Numbered from the stretch's first letter, positions 19,216 through 28,954 are shown. The stretch: 64,000 nucleotides of DNA from Candidatus Latescibacterota bacterium (GCA_965207885.1 OZ242311.1:480001-544000), one strand, 5' to 3'. Made by a program: numbers and translations. The notes: generated by a model not told the origin, from the letters alone.

Positions 19216-21676
19216 ATCGCAATGCCTCCACGGGGTTCATTTTTGCCGCTTTCACGGCTTGCAGGCTCACTGTTCCGATTACGACCAATAGGGTCAGCAA
19301 GCCGCCGAGTGCAAATACCCCGGCTGTCAACCCGATGCGATAGGCAAAACTCTGTAACCACCAGATCATTATTAGATAAGTCAGGGGCCAGGCGCATAGA
19401 CTTGCGACTATAACCAGTATTACGAACTCACGCGATAACAGCGATACGATATTTAAAATCGAGGCGCCCATAATTTTTCGAATGCCTATTTCTTTGGTCC
19501 GTCTTGTCACGGCCAGTGCCGTTAGCCCAAATGCGCCCAGACAGGCGATAAAAACAGCCAGAATCGTTGCATAGCCCACGATTTTGCTCCAGTTTAAAAG
19601 GTCCCGGTAATAATTCTCAATATCCTCTTGCAAAAACGTGAAGTAAAACGGCTCGCCAACGGGCGCGATTTCTTTCCACCCGGTTTCCAGATATTTCAAG
19701 GTCTCGACAATATCGTCAGATTTGATCCTCACAAAGAAGTTTTCTGCTTCATCTCCCATTGATGGATTCAGTAAAAGCATCGCGGGTTGAACTTTTTGCC
19801 GGAGTGGCATTAAGTAAAAATCCTGCACCACGCCAATGACCTGGGTAATTCCTTTTGACGCTCTCAATAAGTTTGCTGCTTTGCCTTCAAATGTGATGGT
19901 CTGTCCAATTGGATCGTCCCATCCCATCTGTTTGACCAGTTCTTCATTTACGAGAGCACTGCCCTGTGCTTGTTCATTCGCATTAGCGTCAAAATCTCGT
20001 CCCGATAGTAACTTCATCTCGAATGTTTTTACAAAACCATAATCCACATAGAAGCGTTTTATGCCCACAGACTGTCCTTGTTCACCTTTTCCTTCTCTGC
20101 GGTCTTGCCATCTTTCATCCAATAGCGGATACCTCACTGTCGTGCATCCAATTACCTTGTGATGTTGCAGATAATGGTTCTTGAGCAAATCTTGATCCCC
20201 TCTCATTTCGGGAAGACCGTCTGTGTTAATAGAAATCACGAATTCCGTGTTAAAGCCCAAGTCTTTTTCTTTTACAAATTGCAGTTGATATACCATGATC
20301 AGTGTGCAGGTAATCAAAGCACTCGACACGGCAAACTGCCCAAAGACGAGTCCGCGACCAAACGGATTGCGATGGCTCAGCTTAAACCGCCCCGTGAGAA
20401 TGCGAACCGGATTAAACCCGGAGATCATAAATGCGGGATAGCAGCCTATCAGGAGACCGACAAGTAAGACCAGAGCGATCAAAAACACAAAAGTAGGCCA
20501 GGTAAAAATATTGTTGAAGGACAGGTTCTGATGCATGAATTCATTGAAAAACGGCAGTACCAGTTCGGCAAGTGACAGACCCAAAACTACGGCTACAAGG
20601 CTCAATAAAACCGACTCGCTTAAAAATTGCCGAATCAGTTGAGGGCGCACAGCACCTACAACTTTGCGAATGCCCACTTCTTTTGTTCGGGTAACCAGCC
20701 GCCCCACCGCAAGGTTGACAAAATTGATGGAAGCCATGACCAGAACCAGCAGTGAAAGACAGATTAGTCCATACCCGTTCATTGGGTCTCGTGGTGCCTT
20801 TAAGCCGTGATTGGTGGTTTCTATAAGATCTATTCGATGGTGCAGATTTGTCAGCGGCTGAAGTTGCAAATGAAAGTTGTCTTCTGAGATCTCTGGTCGC
20901 AGCATATGCGCTTTTACAATCGCGTGCATCGCCGGTTCTATGTCTGTGGATTTAGTATTTTCACTGAGTTGAACGTAAGTATCACACGTAGAAAAGCGAT
21001 TCCAATCATTTGCCTCCTGGTGCAGAAAAAACCATAGATGCTGATATGGTAGCAACATATCAAACTGAATGGATGAGTTGTCGGGTATGGGTTCGGCGAC
21101 GCCTGTTACTGTGAAATCGGCGTGTTCGTGGCTCCATAGAGATCGCAGTATCAGTTGTTTTCCGATCGGATTCTCATCTCCGAAAATTTTCTTTGCTGTT
21201 TCAGTGCTCAATACAACAGATTGCGGGTGTTTGAGGGCAATTTCCGCATCGCCAGAGCGAAGGGGAAACGAAAACATGTCTAAGAATTCGGGATCTACGA
21301 TCAGGAATGGCAATTTGAAGATCTGTTCTCCGTACGTAACCTGTATCTCTCGATCACTGGGATCGCCTCCCCGTCCGGCAACTAAGCGTACAGCCCGGTC
21401 CACGCCTGTTACAGTTTGGATCAATTCATTGCGCAAAGCGGTTGGGACCGTGGGTATGCGATAAGATTTATTATCTGGGCCACGGAATTCGGTATATACC
21501 CGATAAATTTGGTCGGCATTCTTGTGAAATGCATCATAGGTCCATTCGTGATGTATGTACAGGAATGTCAAGATGCAAAACGCGATGCCGATTGCCAGGC
21601 CAGTGATGTTGATCGCAGAATACACTTTGTAACGGACGAGGTTGCGATACGCTACGGTCAGATAGTTGCGGAACAT
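19208..21676 (-). CDS. ABC transporter permease, duplicated MacB/FtsX type
   Basis: 822 aa; MFRNYLTVAYRNL start, KEVGIRKVVGA, NPVEALRYE. Confidence 0.92.
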   Translation of the reverse strand: MFRNYLTVAYRNLVRYKVYSAINITGLAIGIAFCILTFLYIHHEWTYDAFHKNADQIYRVYTEFRGPDNKSYRIPTVPTALRNELIQTVTGVDRAVRLVAGRGGDPSDREIQVTYGEQIFKLPFLIVDPEFLDMFSFPLRSGDAEIALKHPQSVVLSTETAKKIFGDENPIGKQLILRSLWSHEHADFTVTGVAEPIPDNSSIQFDMLLPYQHLWFFLHQEANDWNRFSTCDTYVQLSENTKSTDIEPAMHAIVKAHMLRPEISEDNFHLQLQPLTNLHHRIDLIETTNHGLKAPRDPMNGYGLICLSLLVLVMASINFVNLAVGRLVTRTKEVGIRKVVGAVRPQLIRQFLSESVLLSLVAVVLGLSLAELVLPFFNEFMHQNLSFNNIFTWPTFVFLIALVLLVGLLIGCYPAFMISGFNPVRILTGRFKLSHRNPFGRGLVFGQFAVSSALITCTLIMVYQLQFVKEKDLGFNTEFVISINTDGLPEMRGDQDLLKNHYLQHHKVIGCTTVRYPLLDERWQDRREGKGEQGQSVGIKRFYVDYGFVKTFEMKLLSGRDFDANANEQAQGSALVNEELVKQMGWDDPIGQTITFEGKAANLLRASKGITQVIGVVQDFYLMPLRQKVQPAMLLLNPSMGDEAENFFVRIKSDDIVETLKYLETGWKEIAPVGEPFYFTFLQEDIENYYRDLLNWSKIVGYATILAVFIACLGAFGLTALAVTRRTKEIGIRKIMGASILNIVSLLSREFVILVIVASLCAWPLTYLIMIWWLQSFAYRIGLTAGVFALGGLLTLLVVIGTVSLQAVKAAKMNPVEALRYE

Positions 21677-21720
21677 TTTATTCTCCTTGGCTGTCCCAGG
21701 CGGTCATGACGCAGCTTGTC

Positions 21721-23142
21721 TTAAAGGAGAGGAGAGATTAGCGTGAGCATGACTCGAAAAGAACGATTCGTCATCATAACCTTTCCTTGCCGATCAATCA
21801 GAACATAGTGCGGAAGGCCTCCAATGTTATACATCTTTGATACCTTGTTATTGTTGTCTATAGCGTCCAGGATTTGGGGCCATCCAATGTGAGACTTCTC
21901 CACATAATTCTCGACTTTGTATCTTCTGGTATCGGCACTGACGCCGATAATCTCGAAATTATCGCGGTCGAATTTTTCAGATAGCGCTTTCAATCTGGGG
22001 GTATCTTTGACACATGGCCCGCACCCGGTGGACCAGAAGTCCAACAAAACGTATTTGCCCCTGAAATTTGAAAGCCGAAGCTTCTTTCCGTCTATATCCC
22101 TAACTGCAAAATCCGGTGCCACGAAACCTCGCTTGATTTCAATCTTTGTTGGGACAGAGACATCTGATTTTCTGAGGATAATTTCATCACCAGAGGCGGA
22201 GATGCTTTTAACTTCAAATGTGATACCACCGATATTAAAGGGGTTGTTAACGTCGTAATATTCCGCTGATTCGCGTTCCTTTTCGAATACACCATCGCGA
22301 TCAAGATCCCATAGTATTCTGTTAAAAATTTTGGTAGAGTAGGTCGCGAAGCGTTCTTTGTTGTAGATAGCCAAATCGTATGATTGACCATCTATTTCTA
22401 CCTGCCCTTTTCGGTATTCAGCTATCTTTCCCTTGAATTTTGGGATAGTTGGATCTTTCTGAACTTTCGTATATTGCGGATATTTATGAATCACTACGTC
22501 CACCCTTTGGGTTCTGGCGATTTTACCATCGTTATATTCAAATTCAACGGTAGCATTTGCCCTCTGCCCATATGGAAGTTTCCCTGGTAGAATGTAGCTC
22601 ATCAGACGAAATGCCGTGCCGAAGGTCTCCGGATATATCGCATGTTCATCGGAGAAGTCTTCATTGTTGTTGGTATCAAAAAAGAAAACGGCATTTCCAT
22701 TCCGGTCCTGTCCATTCACAAAGGATACTTTGCTATCTACAGGTACCTCTAAGTCATACGGCTCCCAGAGTTCCCGGTTCATCTTTTCTGGACGATTATC
22801 GTACAATAGAAACTGCAACGCACTCAATTCGAATATCCCATAGAATTCGATGGTAACTCCCGGTGGAAATCCTCGCAGGCCCTTCTCGAGCGGTTTTCGG
22901 CTTATCAAATCGTGAAAATTAAAGTCAATCCGTGGTGACTCAAATATTGCGAATGAGCTTAAAGGTACACGCTCCAGGGGGATCACAACTTGATCCATAT
23001 TAGCTGAGTCAAATCGCGCAACGGAGGAATCCTGGGTGTTCTTAGAAAGGCCGAAGAGTGTGGAATGAACAGATAGAGAGAAGAGTATAAACAGACCAGC
23101 GAGAATGCTGTTCTTTCGAAAAATCGGGTTGATGGAGATCAT
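21721..23142 (-). CDS. Exported TlpA/redoxin-family thiol-disulfide oxidoreductase with a long unknown N-terminal domain
   Basis: Hydrophobic signal; C-terminal APDF...GKYVLLDFWSTGCGPC (CxxC) and GLPHYVLIDRQG. Confidence 0.82.
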   Translation of the reverse strand: MISINPIFRKNSILAGLFILFSLSVHSTLFGLSKNTQDSSVARFDSANMDQVVIPLERVPLSSFAIFESPRIDFNFHDLISRKPLEKGLRGFPPGVTIEFYGIFELSALQFLLYDNRPEKMNRELWEPYDLEVPVDSKVSFVNGQDRNGNAVFFFDTNNNEDFSDEHAIYPETFGTAFRLMSYILPGKLPYGQRANATVEFEYNDGKIARTQRVDVVIHKYPQYTKVQKDPTIPKFKGKIAEYRKGQVEIDGQSYDLAIYNKERFATYSTKIFNRILWDLDRDGVFEKERESAEYYDVNNPFNIGGITFEVKSISASGDEIILRKSDVSVPTKIEIKRGFVAPDFAVRDIDGKKLRLSNFRGKYVLLDFWSTGCGPCVKDTPRLKALSEKFDRDNFEIIGVSADTRRYKVENYVEKSHIGWPQILDAIDNNNKVSKMYNIGGLPHYVLIDRQGKVMMTNRSFRVMLTLISPLL

Positions 23143-23250
23143 GATTTCCTCCTGAGGATTTTACGGCTGTAGGATCTGCGAGGATACCCCAATCTACACA
23201 ATTTCAGGCGACACTTCCTTGCGCCGCATGTTCTTTGTCCCGATTTTATT

Positions 23251-23266
23251 GCAATAATCGTGCCAA
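23251..23266 (-). promoter_or_regulatory. sigma54 (-24/-12) promoter of the redoxin-permease-ECF-permease unit
   Basis: Minus strand reads TTGGCACGATTATTGC, matching TGGCAC-N5-TTGC. Confidence 0.8.
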
Positions 23267-23326
23267 AAGATTCAAATGATTAAATAACAGTAATTTATGA
23301 AAATTTCTTGAAATTGACTAATTGGA

Positions 23327-23369
23327 AAGTGTCCGATTTTGATACAGTAGTGTCCGAAAATGAACACTT
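23327..23369. promoter_or_regulatory. Tandem enhancer-binding-protein sites (UAS), copy 2
   Basis: AAGTGTCCGATTTTGATACAGTAGTGTCCGAAAATGAACACTT, with almost the same spacing to the sigma54 box as copy 1. Confidence 0.72.
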
Positions 23370-23373
23370 GGGA

Positions 23374-23493
23374 AAGTGTGAAGTGTGAAGGAGGAAGTGT
23401 GAAGGAGGCCCCGCGTGAACTGGCCTGAGAGTCGGTCAGTTGTACACCACCGGGGTAGTGTTGGGTGGACTTCTAACTTCTAACTTCTAACTT
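23374..23493. repeat. Modular intergenic repeat (heptamer array - core - inverted heptamer array)
   Basis: (AAGTGTG/AAGGAGG)x5 ... GGGGTAGTGTTGGGTGG ... (ACTTCTA)x3. Confidence 0.8.
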
Positions 23494-24650
23494 TTTCTGC
23501 CCGGTATCCGAAATACCAGCACAACCCCGAGCAACATCAAGATCGCGCTGATTTCAAAAGCCCGGCGCAGGCTGTATGCATCTGCCATGATGCCGAGGAG
23601 CAACATTGCCACGCCGCGAAGCACGAATCCCGCGCCCATGTAAAGCCCGTTGGCAAAAGCCCGGTTTTCTGGGCAGCTTTCCTGTACCATTGCCATGACC
23701 ACGGGACCGGTGGAGAGGGCGACAAAGCCCAGGATGATTAAAATGGGAAATAAGGCCCAGCCCTGGGTTTCGAGAAAGACAAATAGGAGGAGGGGAGTTG
23801 CGATCATGGAGAAGCCGAGGATTTGTTTGCGTCCCCAGCGGTCACTTACCCATCCGCCGATTAGCGCACCGCCAATGCCCGCGCCCTCCAGGACGGAGAG
23901 AGATGCGCCCGATAGCCACAAACTGGCGCCTTCTTCGGTCAAAAAGGTGGGGAGGAATGCGGTCAGGGAGGCCATCATAAATGCGCGGACAAAGACAATG
24001 CCCGATAGGGGTATCATGACCGGTGCCATGCGTTTTAAGGCGGCCTGCCAGATTAGTGCTTTATATGCGGATATGACGCGGCTGGCAACGCTTCTCATTC
24101 GCAATAAGAGTATCAGTGAGGCCACGACGCCTGCGGGTATTAGATAGGTCATTCCGGCGATTCCCCACAGGCCGATGACGCTTACGATTAATATAGGTCC
24201 CAGGGTGCGACCGAGTTCACCGCATAACATCCAGATGCCCATTCCGCGTCCCAGGTTGGAGCCCGAGAGCGTTCCGGCCATTGCAGGTCCAACGGCGTGA
24301 AACGCCGCGGAGCTAAATCCCGTGATTAGTAATAGGACGACGAGGGAGAGATAACCGTGCGCTATGCCGAGCAGGCTCATGGCGATGCCCGTTATTGCAG
24401 GTCCCAGGATTACGAGAGATCGCAAGTTCAGACGGTCTGCCTGATGTCCGATGATGGGTTGAAATACCGAGGGTGCCTGCCTGACGACCATTAATAAGCT
24501 GGCTTCAGTTTTGGATAGGGATAGGGTTTGTATGAATATGGGGAGTAAGGGGGGTAAGAATCCGCTGTATGTGTCGTGTACTGCATGCCCGCCGGAGAGG
24601 GTGATTACGTCGCGGGTCTGAAAACGGCTGTTATTACTATTTGAGGACAT
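23487..24650 (-). CDS. MFS transporter, Fsr (fosmidomycin resistance)-like
   Basis: GHAVHDTYSGFLPPLLP, GGWVSDRWGRK; multiple hydrophobic helices. Confidence 0.85.
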   Translation of the reverse strand: MSSNSNNSRFQTRDVITLSGGHAVHDTYSGFLPPLLPIFIQTLSLSKTEASLLMVVRQAPSVFQPIIGHQADRLNLRSLVILGPAITGIAMSLLGIAHGYLSLVVLLLITGFSSAAFHAVGPAMAGTLSGSNLGRGMGIWMLCGELGRTLGPILIVSVIGLWGIAGMTYLIPAGVVASLILLLRMRSVASRVISAYKALIWQAALKRMAPVMIPLSGIVFVRAFMMASLTAFLPTFLTEEGASLWLSGASLSVLEGAGIGGALIGGWVSDRWGRKQILGFSMIATPLLLFVFLETQGWALFPILIILGFVALSTGPVVMAMVQESCPENRAFANGLYMGAGFVLRGVAMLLLGIMADAYSLRRAFEISAILMLLGVVLVFRIPGRKS

Positions 24651-24823
24651 GGGGTTCTCGGAAAAAAGAGATGAATGACGGCTTTAAGATAAGGCGCAAA
24701 GGCTACTTGAAGGAGTGATAAATGGTGTGGCTAAGTTCAGCACTGTTTCTTAGGGTTGCGGGAATAGAAATGGGGACATAATTTAGGGACTGGGACTGCA
24801 CATTATTATATAAGGATTATTAC

Positions 24824-25984
24824 ATGTCTGATTATCCCCCCATTCGCGCGATTACTCGGGGACCTGAGTTCCACTGGTTTGGTTATTACGACAAGTGGCA
24901 AATAGACCCGTCAGGCCGATACGCGCTCGGTATGAAGGTGGATTTTGAACACCGGTCGCCCTTTGCGGATGATACGGTTGGGCTGGGTGTTATTGATATG
25001 GAGGATGGGGATGCATGGTCTGAGTTTGGGCGCACGCGGGCGTGGTGCTGGCAACAGGGGTGTATGTTGCAGTGGATTCCCAATTCGGATACGGAGGTTA
25101 TTTTTAATGATCGCGAAGGGGATGCGTTTGTCTCGCGGATATACAATGTGAAAACGGAGGCTGTTCGGACTCTTCCGCACGCGATTTATGCGATTTCACC
25201 CGATGGGAAGACAGCGATTGGGGCGGATTTTCGCCGGATCAATCACATGCGGCCCGGGTATGGGTATGCGGGGATTCCCGATCCCAATCGCAATGTGCGC
25301 GCGCCCGATGATGTGGGTGTTTATACTGTGGATCTGGAGACGGGTGAGTCAAGGCTTGTTGTTGCGATTGCCGAGGTTGCTGCGATTCCGTATCCGCATG
25401 GCGATATTTCCAGGGCGCGGCACTATTTTAATCATTTGCTGTTTAATACGGATGGGTCGCGGTTCATTTTTTTGCACCGTTGGCGATTTGGCGAGGGAGG
25501 CTTTGATACGCGGATGATGACGGCAAGTGCCGATGGGTCAAATTTGCATGTGGTTGATGATTACGGCAAGATGTCGCATTTTATCTGGCGCGATCCAGAG
25601 ACGATTCTCGGGTGGACGTATCACCCGTCGCACGGGAATAAGTTTTATCTCTATCGGGATCTGACCGATGTGGAGCCAGAGGTGATTGGCGATGGGGTTA
25701 TGACGGTTAATGGTCACTGTACGTATTTGCCGGGGAATGAGTGGATTCTCAACGATACGTATCCGTCACGGGGGCATCGGAATCAAGTTCCGTATCTTTA
25801 TCACGTTGCGACTGGCAAGCGCGTCGATCTGGGTGTTTTTCCGTCGCCGGAGCCTTATACGGGCGAGTGGCGCTGTGATTTGCATCCGCGCTTTAGTCCC
25901 GATGGGCAGTTTGTGGTGATTGATTCGCCTCATATGGGCAATGGACGGCAGATGTATCGGATTGAGGTTGGGGATATTGTGTAA
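24824..25984 (+). CDS. TolB/oligogalacturonate-lyase-like beta-propeller protein
   Basis: HWFGYYDK, WCWQQG, FNHLLFNTDG, WRCDLHPRFSPDG. Confidence 0.65.
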   Translation: MSDYPPIRAITRGPEFHWFGYYDKWQIDPSGRYALGMKVDFEHRSPFADDTVGLGVIDMEDGDAWSEFGRTRAWCWQQGCMLQWIPNSDTEVIFNDREGDAFVSRIYNVKTEAVRTLPHAIYAISPDGKTAIGADFRRINHMRPGYGYAGIPDPNRNVRAPDDVGVYTVDLETGESRLVVAIAEVAAIPYPHGDISRARHYFNHLLFNTDGSRFIFLHRWRFGEGGFDTRMMTASADGSNLHVVDDYGKMSHFIWRDPETILGWTYHPSHGNKFYLYRDLTDVEPEVIGDGVMTVNGHCTYLPGNEWILNDTYPSRGHRNQVPYLYHVATGKRVDLGVFPSPEPYTGEWRCDLHPRFSPDGQFVVIDSPHMGNGRQMYRIEVGDIV

Positions 25985-25999
25985 TAAAGGAGATATGAG

Positions 26000-26743
26000 A
26001 TGGCTATAGCTGAAGCACCTGCGGTACTGACGGAGGAGGAGATGCTACATTTTCGCACGCGGGGCTTTCTCGGTCCGTATTCGCTGTGTTCTGAGGTGGA
26101 GATGGCAGATCTTCGGCCGGCGATTGAAGAGGTGCTGGAGACAGATCCGCCGAATGGTAAGAATCGCATTCACAACCGGCATCTGGATAGTCGCGTGGTT
26201 TACGATTTGTCAACGCATCCCGAGATTCTCAGTCGGATGGTGGCTCTGTACGGGGCGGATTTGTTGTTGTGGCGCACGAATTTTTTTATCAAGTACAAGG
26301 GTACGAAGGCGATTCCTTGGCATCAGGATTTCAATTATTGGCCGCTCGAGCCGCCGATTATTGTTTCGGCGTGGATTGCGGTGGATGCTTCGACTAAGGA
26401 GAATGGGAATTTGCAGCTTATTCCCGGGTCACATCGCAAAATTATTCCCCATGTCAAAGCCACGCCCGATGTGCAGTTTCAGGAGATGGCCGATGCGGGG
26501 TATTACGATCCGGAGCAACTGGTCGATCTGGAGATGCAGCCGGGCGAGTTTATTTTGTTTAACGAGCGTACGTTGCATCACTCGAAAGCCAATTTCTCGG
26601 ATTTGCGGCGCATTGGTCTGGCTGTGCGCGCGATTCCTCCGATTGTGCATGTTCTCAGGTACGATTCCGACGATCACGGACTTCCGGTTATTCACGGCGA
26701 GGATACGATGGGGTTTAATCGCGTTACACAACCGCCGGTATAA
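26000..26743 (+). CDS. Phytanoyl-CoA dioxygenase (PhyH)-family Fe(II)/2OG enzyme
   Basis: PWHQD, WIAVD...ENGNLQLIPGSH, distal HHS...N.S..RR. Confidence 0.88.
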   Translation: MAIAEAPAVLTEEEMLHFRTRGFLGPYSLCSEVEMADLRPAIEEVLETDPPNGKNRIHNRHLDSRVVYDLSTHPEILSRMVALYGADLLLWRTNFFIKYKGTKAIPWHQDFNYWPLEPPIIVSAWIAVDASTKENGNLQLIPGSHRKIIPHVKATPDVQFQEMADAGYYDPEQLVDLEMQPGEFILFNERTLHHSKANFSDLRRIGLAVRAIPPIVHVLRYDSDDHGLPVIHGEDTMGFNRVTQPPV

Positions 26744-26753
26744 GGAACATTAT

Positions 26754-27941
26754 ATGAAGATTACTAATATTGAGACATTTATTGTGGATGCGGGTTGGCG
26801 CCCGTGGATATTTGTTCGGGTGGATACCGATGAGGGGATTAGCGGCTGGGGGGAGTGTAGCGATGGCCGCAGTCCGTATGGGGTTACGGGGACGGTGCGC
26901 GATTTGACGCCTTTGCTCATCGGCAAGGATCCGCGCGCTTATGAGATGCGTTTTTGGGATATGTTGCGGGGGACGCGGCAGAGTCCGGGGGGTATTGCGG
27001 CGAAGGCGATTGCGGGTGTTGAGCTCGCGCTTATTGATATTAAGGCGCGTGCGCTCGGTATTTCTGTTGTGGAGCTTTTTGGAGGTCCAACGCGGGAGCG
27101 GGTTTGCGTTTATTGGTCGCATTGCGGTACTTCGCGTGCTCGCAATAGCGATTTGCTCAATACGCCACCGCTTCGCACGATGGACGATATTGCTGCGCTG
27201 GGGCGGGAGGTTGTGGAAAGGGGATACACGGCGTTGAAGACGAATATCGTGGTACCGGGGAATCCTGCCAGTGTGTATTTTGGGGGTTTTGGCGGCGAAC
27301 CAGGGACGACGGATGGCGTGGTTTCGCGACAGATTCTCCGGCATATTGAGACGCTTATTGGTACGTTTCGAGATGCTGTGGGTCCGGATGTCGATATTAA
27401 TCTGGATCTGAATTTTAATTTCAAACCCGAGTCGTGTATGCGCATTGCCCAGGTGCTGGAACAATTTGATTTGCTGTGGCTGGAGATCGATATGTACGAG
27501 CCAGATGCGATTCGGCAGATTAAGGATGCGACGAGTACTAAAATTTGTACGGGTGAAAATTTGTTTTATATGCGCGAGTTTATTCCTTATTTCCAGGCGC
27601 GGTCTGCGGATGTGTTTATGATCGATGTGCCGTGGAATGGGTTTGCCCAGTCGAAGAAGGTAGGGGATTTGGCCGAGGCGTATCAACTCAATGTTGCGCC
27701 GCACAATTATTATAGCCATCTTTCGACGTGTATCAGTGCGAGTCTGTGCGCGGTTTTGCCGAATGTGCGTATTATGGAGATCGATGTTGACGATGTGCCC
27801 TGGCGAGAGGATATGGTGACGAATGTGCCGCATATTGAGAATGGATATTTGACGATTCCCTCAGGTCCGGGATGGGGTATTGAGATGGTTGAAGAGGTGC
27901 TCAAAGCACATCCCTGGGATAAGGGGAATGCGAATTGGTAA
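26754..27941 (+). CDS. Mandelate racemase/muconate lactonizing (enolase superfamily) enzyme, probable acid-sugar dehydratase
   Basis: MKITNIETF, TDEGISGWGE, metal ligands DLN, WLE, TGE, and APHN. The real start is downstream of the 605-aa track ORF. Confidence 0.88.
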   Translation: MKITNIETFIVDAGWRPWIFVRVDTDEGISGWGECSDGRSPYGVTGTVRDLTPLLIGKDPRAYEMRFWDMLRGTRQSPGGIAAKAIAGVELALIDIKARALGISVVELFGGPTRERVCVYWSHCGTSRARNSDLLNTPPLRTMDDIAALGREVVERGYTALKTNIVVPGNPASVYFGGFGGEPGTTDGVVSRQILRHIETLIGTFRDAVGPDVDINLDLNFNFKPESCMRIAQVLEQFDLLWLEIDMYEPDAIRQIKDATSTKICTGENLFYMREFIPYFQARSADVFMIDVPWNGFAQSKKVGDLAEAYQLNVAPHNYYSHLSTCISASLCAVLPNVRIMEIDVDDVPWREDMVTNVPHIENGYLTIPSGPGWGIEMVEEVLKAHPWDKGNANW

Positions 27942-28061
27942 GAAGTGTGAAGTAGGAAGTGTGAAGTAGGAAGTGTGAAGTAGGAAGTGTGAAGTGAGAA
28001 GGGAGGCTGTCATCGCGGCATGGTGTTGAGCCGCGATCCAGAAGATTTTTGGCTGATCGCT
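27942..28061. repeat. Modular intergenic repeat (heptamer array plus palindrome)
   Basis: (AAGTGTG AAGTAGG)x3 AAGTGTG AAGTGAG, then GTCATCGCGGCATGGTGTTGAGCCGCGATCCAG, then GCTGATCGCT. Confidence 0.8.
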
Positions 28062-28078
28062 TTTTTTGTGAGGACAAT

Positions 28079-28819
28079 ATGGAGAATAATCAACAACACT
28101 TGTTTGAACTCGATGTGTATGGCTTTACGGTTGTTGAAGATGTTTTGACGACTGAGGAAGCTGGTGAGATGCGTGAAGCTCTTATGCGCTGTGAGAAGGA
28201 ATTTGGCACGGAGGCCAGAAATCGGGGAACCGCTCGGCATGTCGCCAATTTGCCGGTGCTGGATCGCGTTTTTCACAAGACGATTGACCATCCGCGAATC
28301 CTTCCGCTGCTGGAGCATTATCTGGAGAAGTCGCTTATTCTGGGGAGTCTCAATGCCCGCATTGTGCGCCCGGGCGATCCGGATCAGGGTTTGCACAGTG
28401 ATATTCCGCTGGAGATGCTGAATTTTAGTTCGCCAGTTATGATGAATACGATCTGGATGCTGGATGATTTTTCGCCGGTAAATGGCGGTACGCGCGTGGT
28501 GCCGGGTTCGCATAAGAGCGGGTTGGTTGTCCCGCCAGAGGATGTGTCTGTCAAGCATATTGCACAACCCGAGGGATCTGCGGGTAGTGTTATTGTTATT
28601 AACGGTCAAATATGGCATGCGGGCGGCGCGAATACGGGGACGACGAATCGCCATGCGCTGTTCGGTCATTATCGCAAACGGATGTGTATGTTCCAGGTGG
28701 ATCCCCACGATGGTTTTCCGCCCGAGTGGTTTGACGGGCTTACGGAGAGACAAAGGCAATTGATGCGGATGAGCAAGGGGCTTAGATCAGCCCACGCAGC
28801 GGATGCGCATTTTCGATAA
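28079..28819 (+). CDS. PhyH-family Fe(II)/2OG dioxygenase
   Basis: QGLHSD, WMLDDF...NGGTRVVPGSH, WHAGGAN. Confidence 0.88.
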   Translation: MENNQQHLFELDVYGFTVVEDVLTTEEAGEMREALMRCEKEFGTEARNRGTARHVANLPVLDRVFHKTIDHPRILPLLEHYLEKSLILGSLNARIVRPGDPDQGLHSDIPLEMLNFSSPVMMNTIWMLDDFSPVNGGTRVVPGSHKSGLVVPPEDVSVKHIAQPEGSAGSVIVINGQIWHAGGANTGTTNRHALFGHYRKRMCMFQVDPHDGFPPEWFDGLTERQRQLMRMSKGLRSAHAADAHFR

Positions 28820-28823
28820 GGCG

Positions 28824-28938
28824 GTGAGACGTGAGACGAAAGACGTAAGACGTTAAAGGCACGTCATTGCGGCATGGTTTAAGCCGCAATCCAGTGGGGT
28901 GGTGTTGGGTGGATTTCTCACTTCACACTTCTCACTTC
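28824..28938. repeat. Modular intergenic repeat
   Basis: GAGACGT-like heptamer x4, palindrome GTCATTGCGGC...GCCGCAATCCAG, GGGGTGGTGTTGGGTGG, inverted heptamers (ACTTCAC/ACTTCTC). Confidence 0.8.
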
Positions 28939-28954
28939 ATAATTGGAGATCAAT

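Noticed and set aside
26000-26743. Resemblance to SyrB2/BarB-type halogenases (WRTNFFIKY...WHQ)
   Set aside because: The iron motif is HQD with Asp retained; halogenases have Ala/Gly there. No NRPS or carrier protein is nearby.
26124-26753. 605-aa ORF suggesting an N-terminally extended enolase-family protein
   Set aside because: The extension overlaps the PhyH gene in another frame; the family start MKITNIE has its own AAGGA RBS at 26754.
27942-28000. Short tandem repeats as a possible CRISPR array
   Set aside because: Units are 7/14 bp with no unique spacers, and no cas genes are present.
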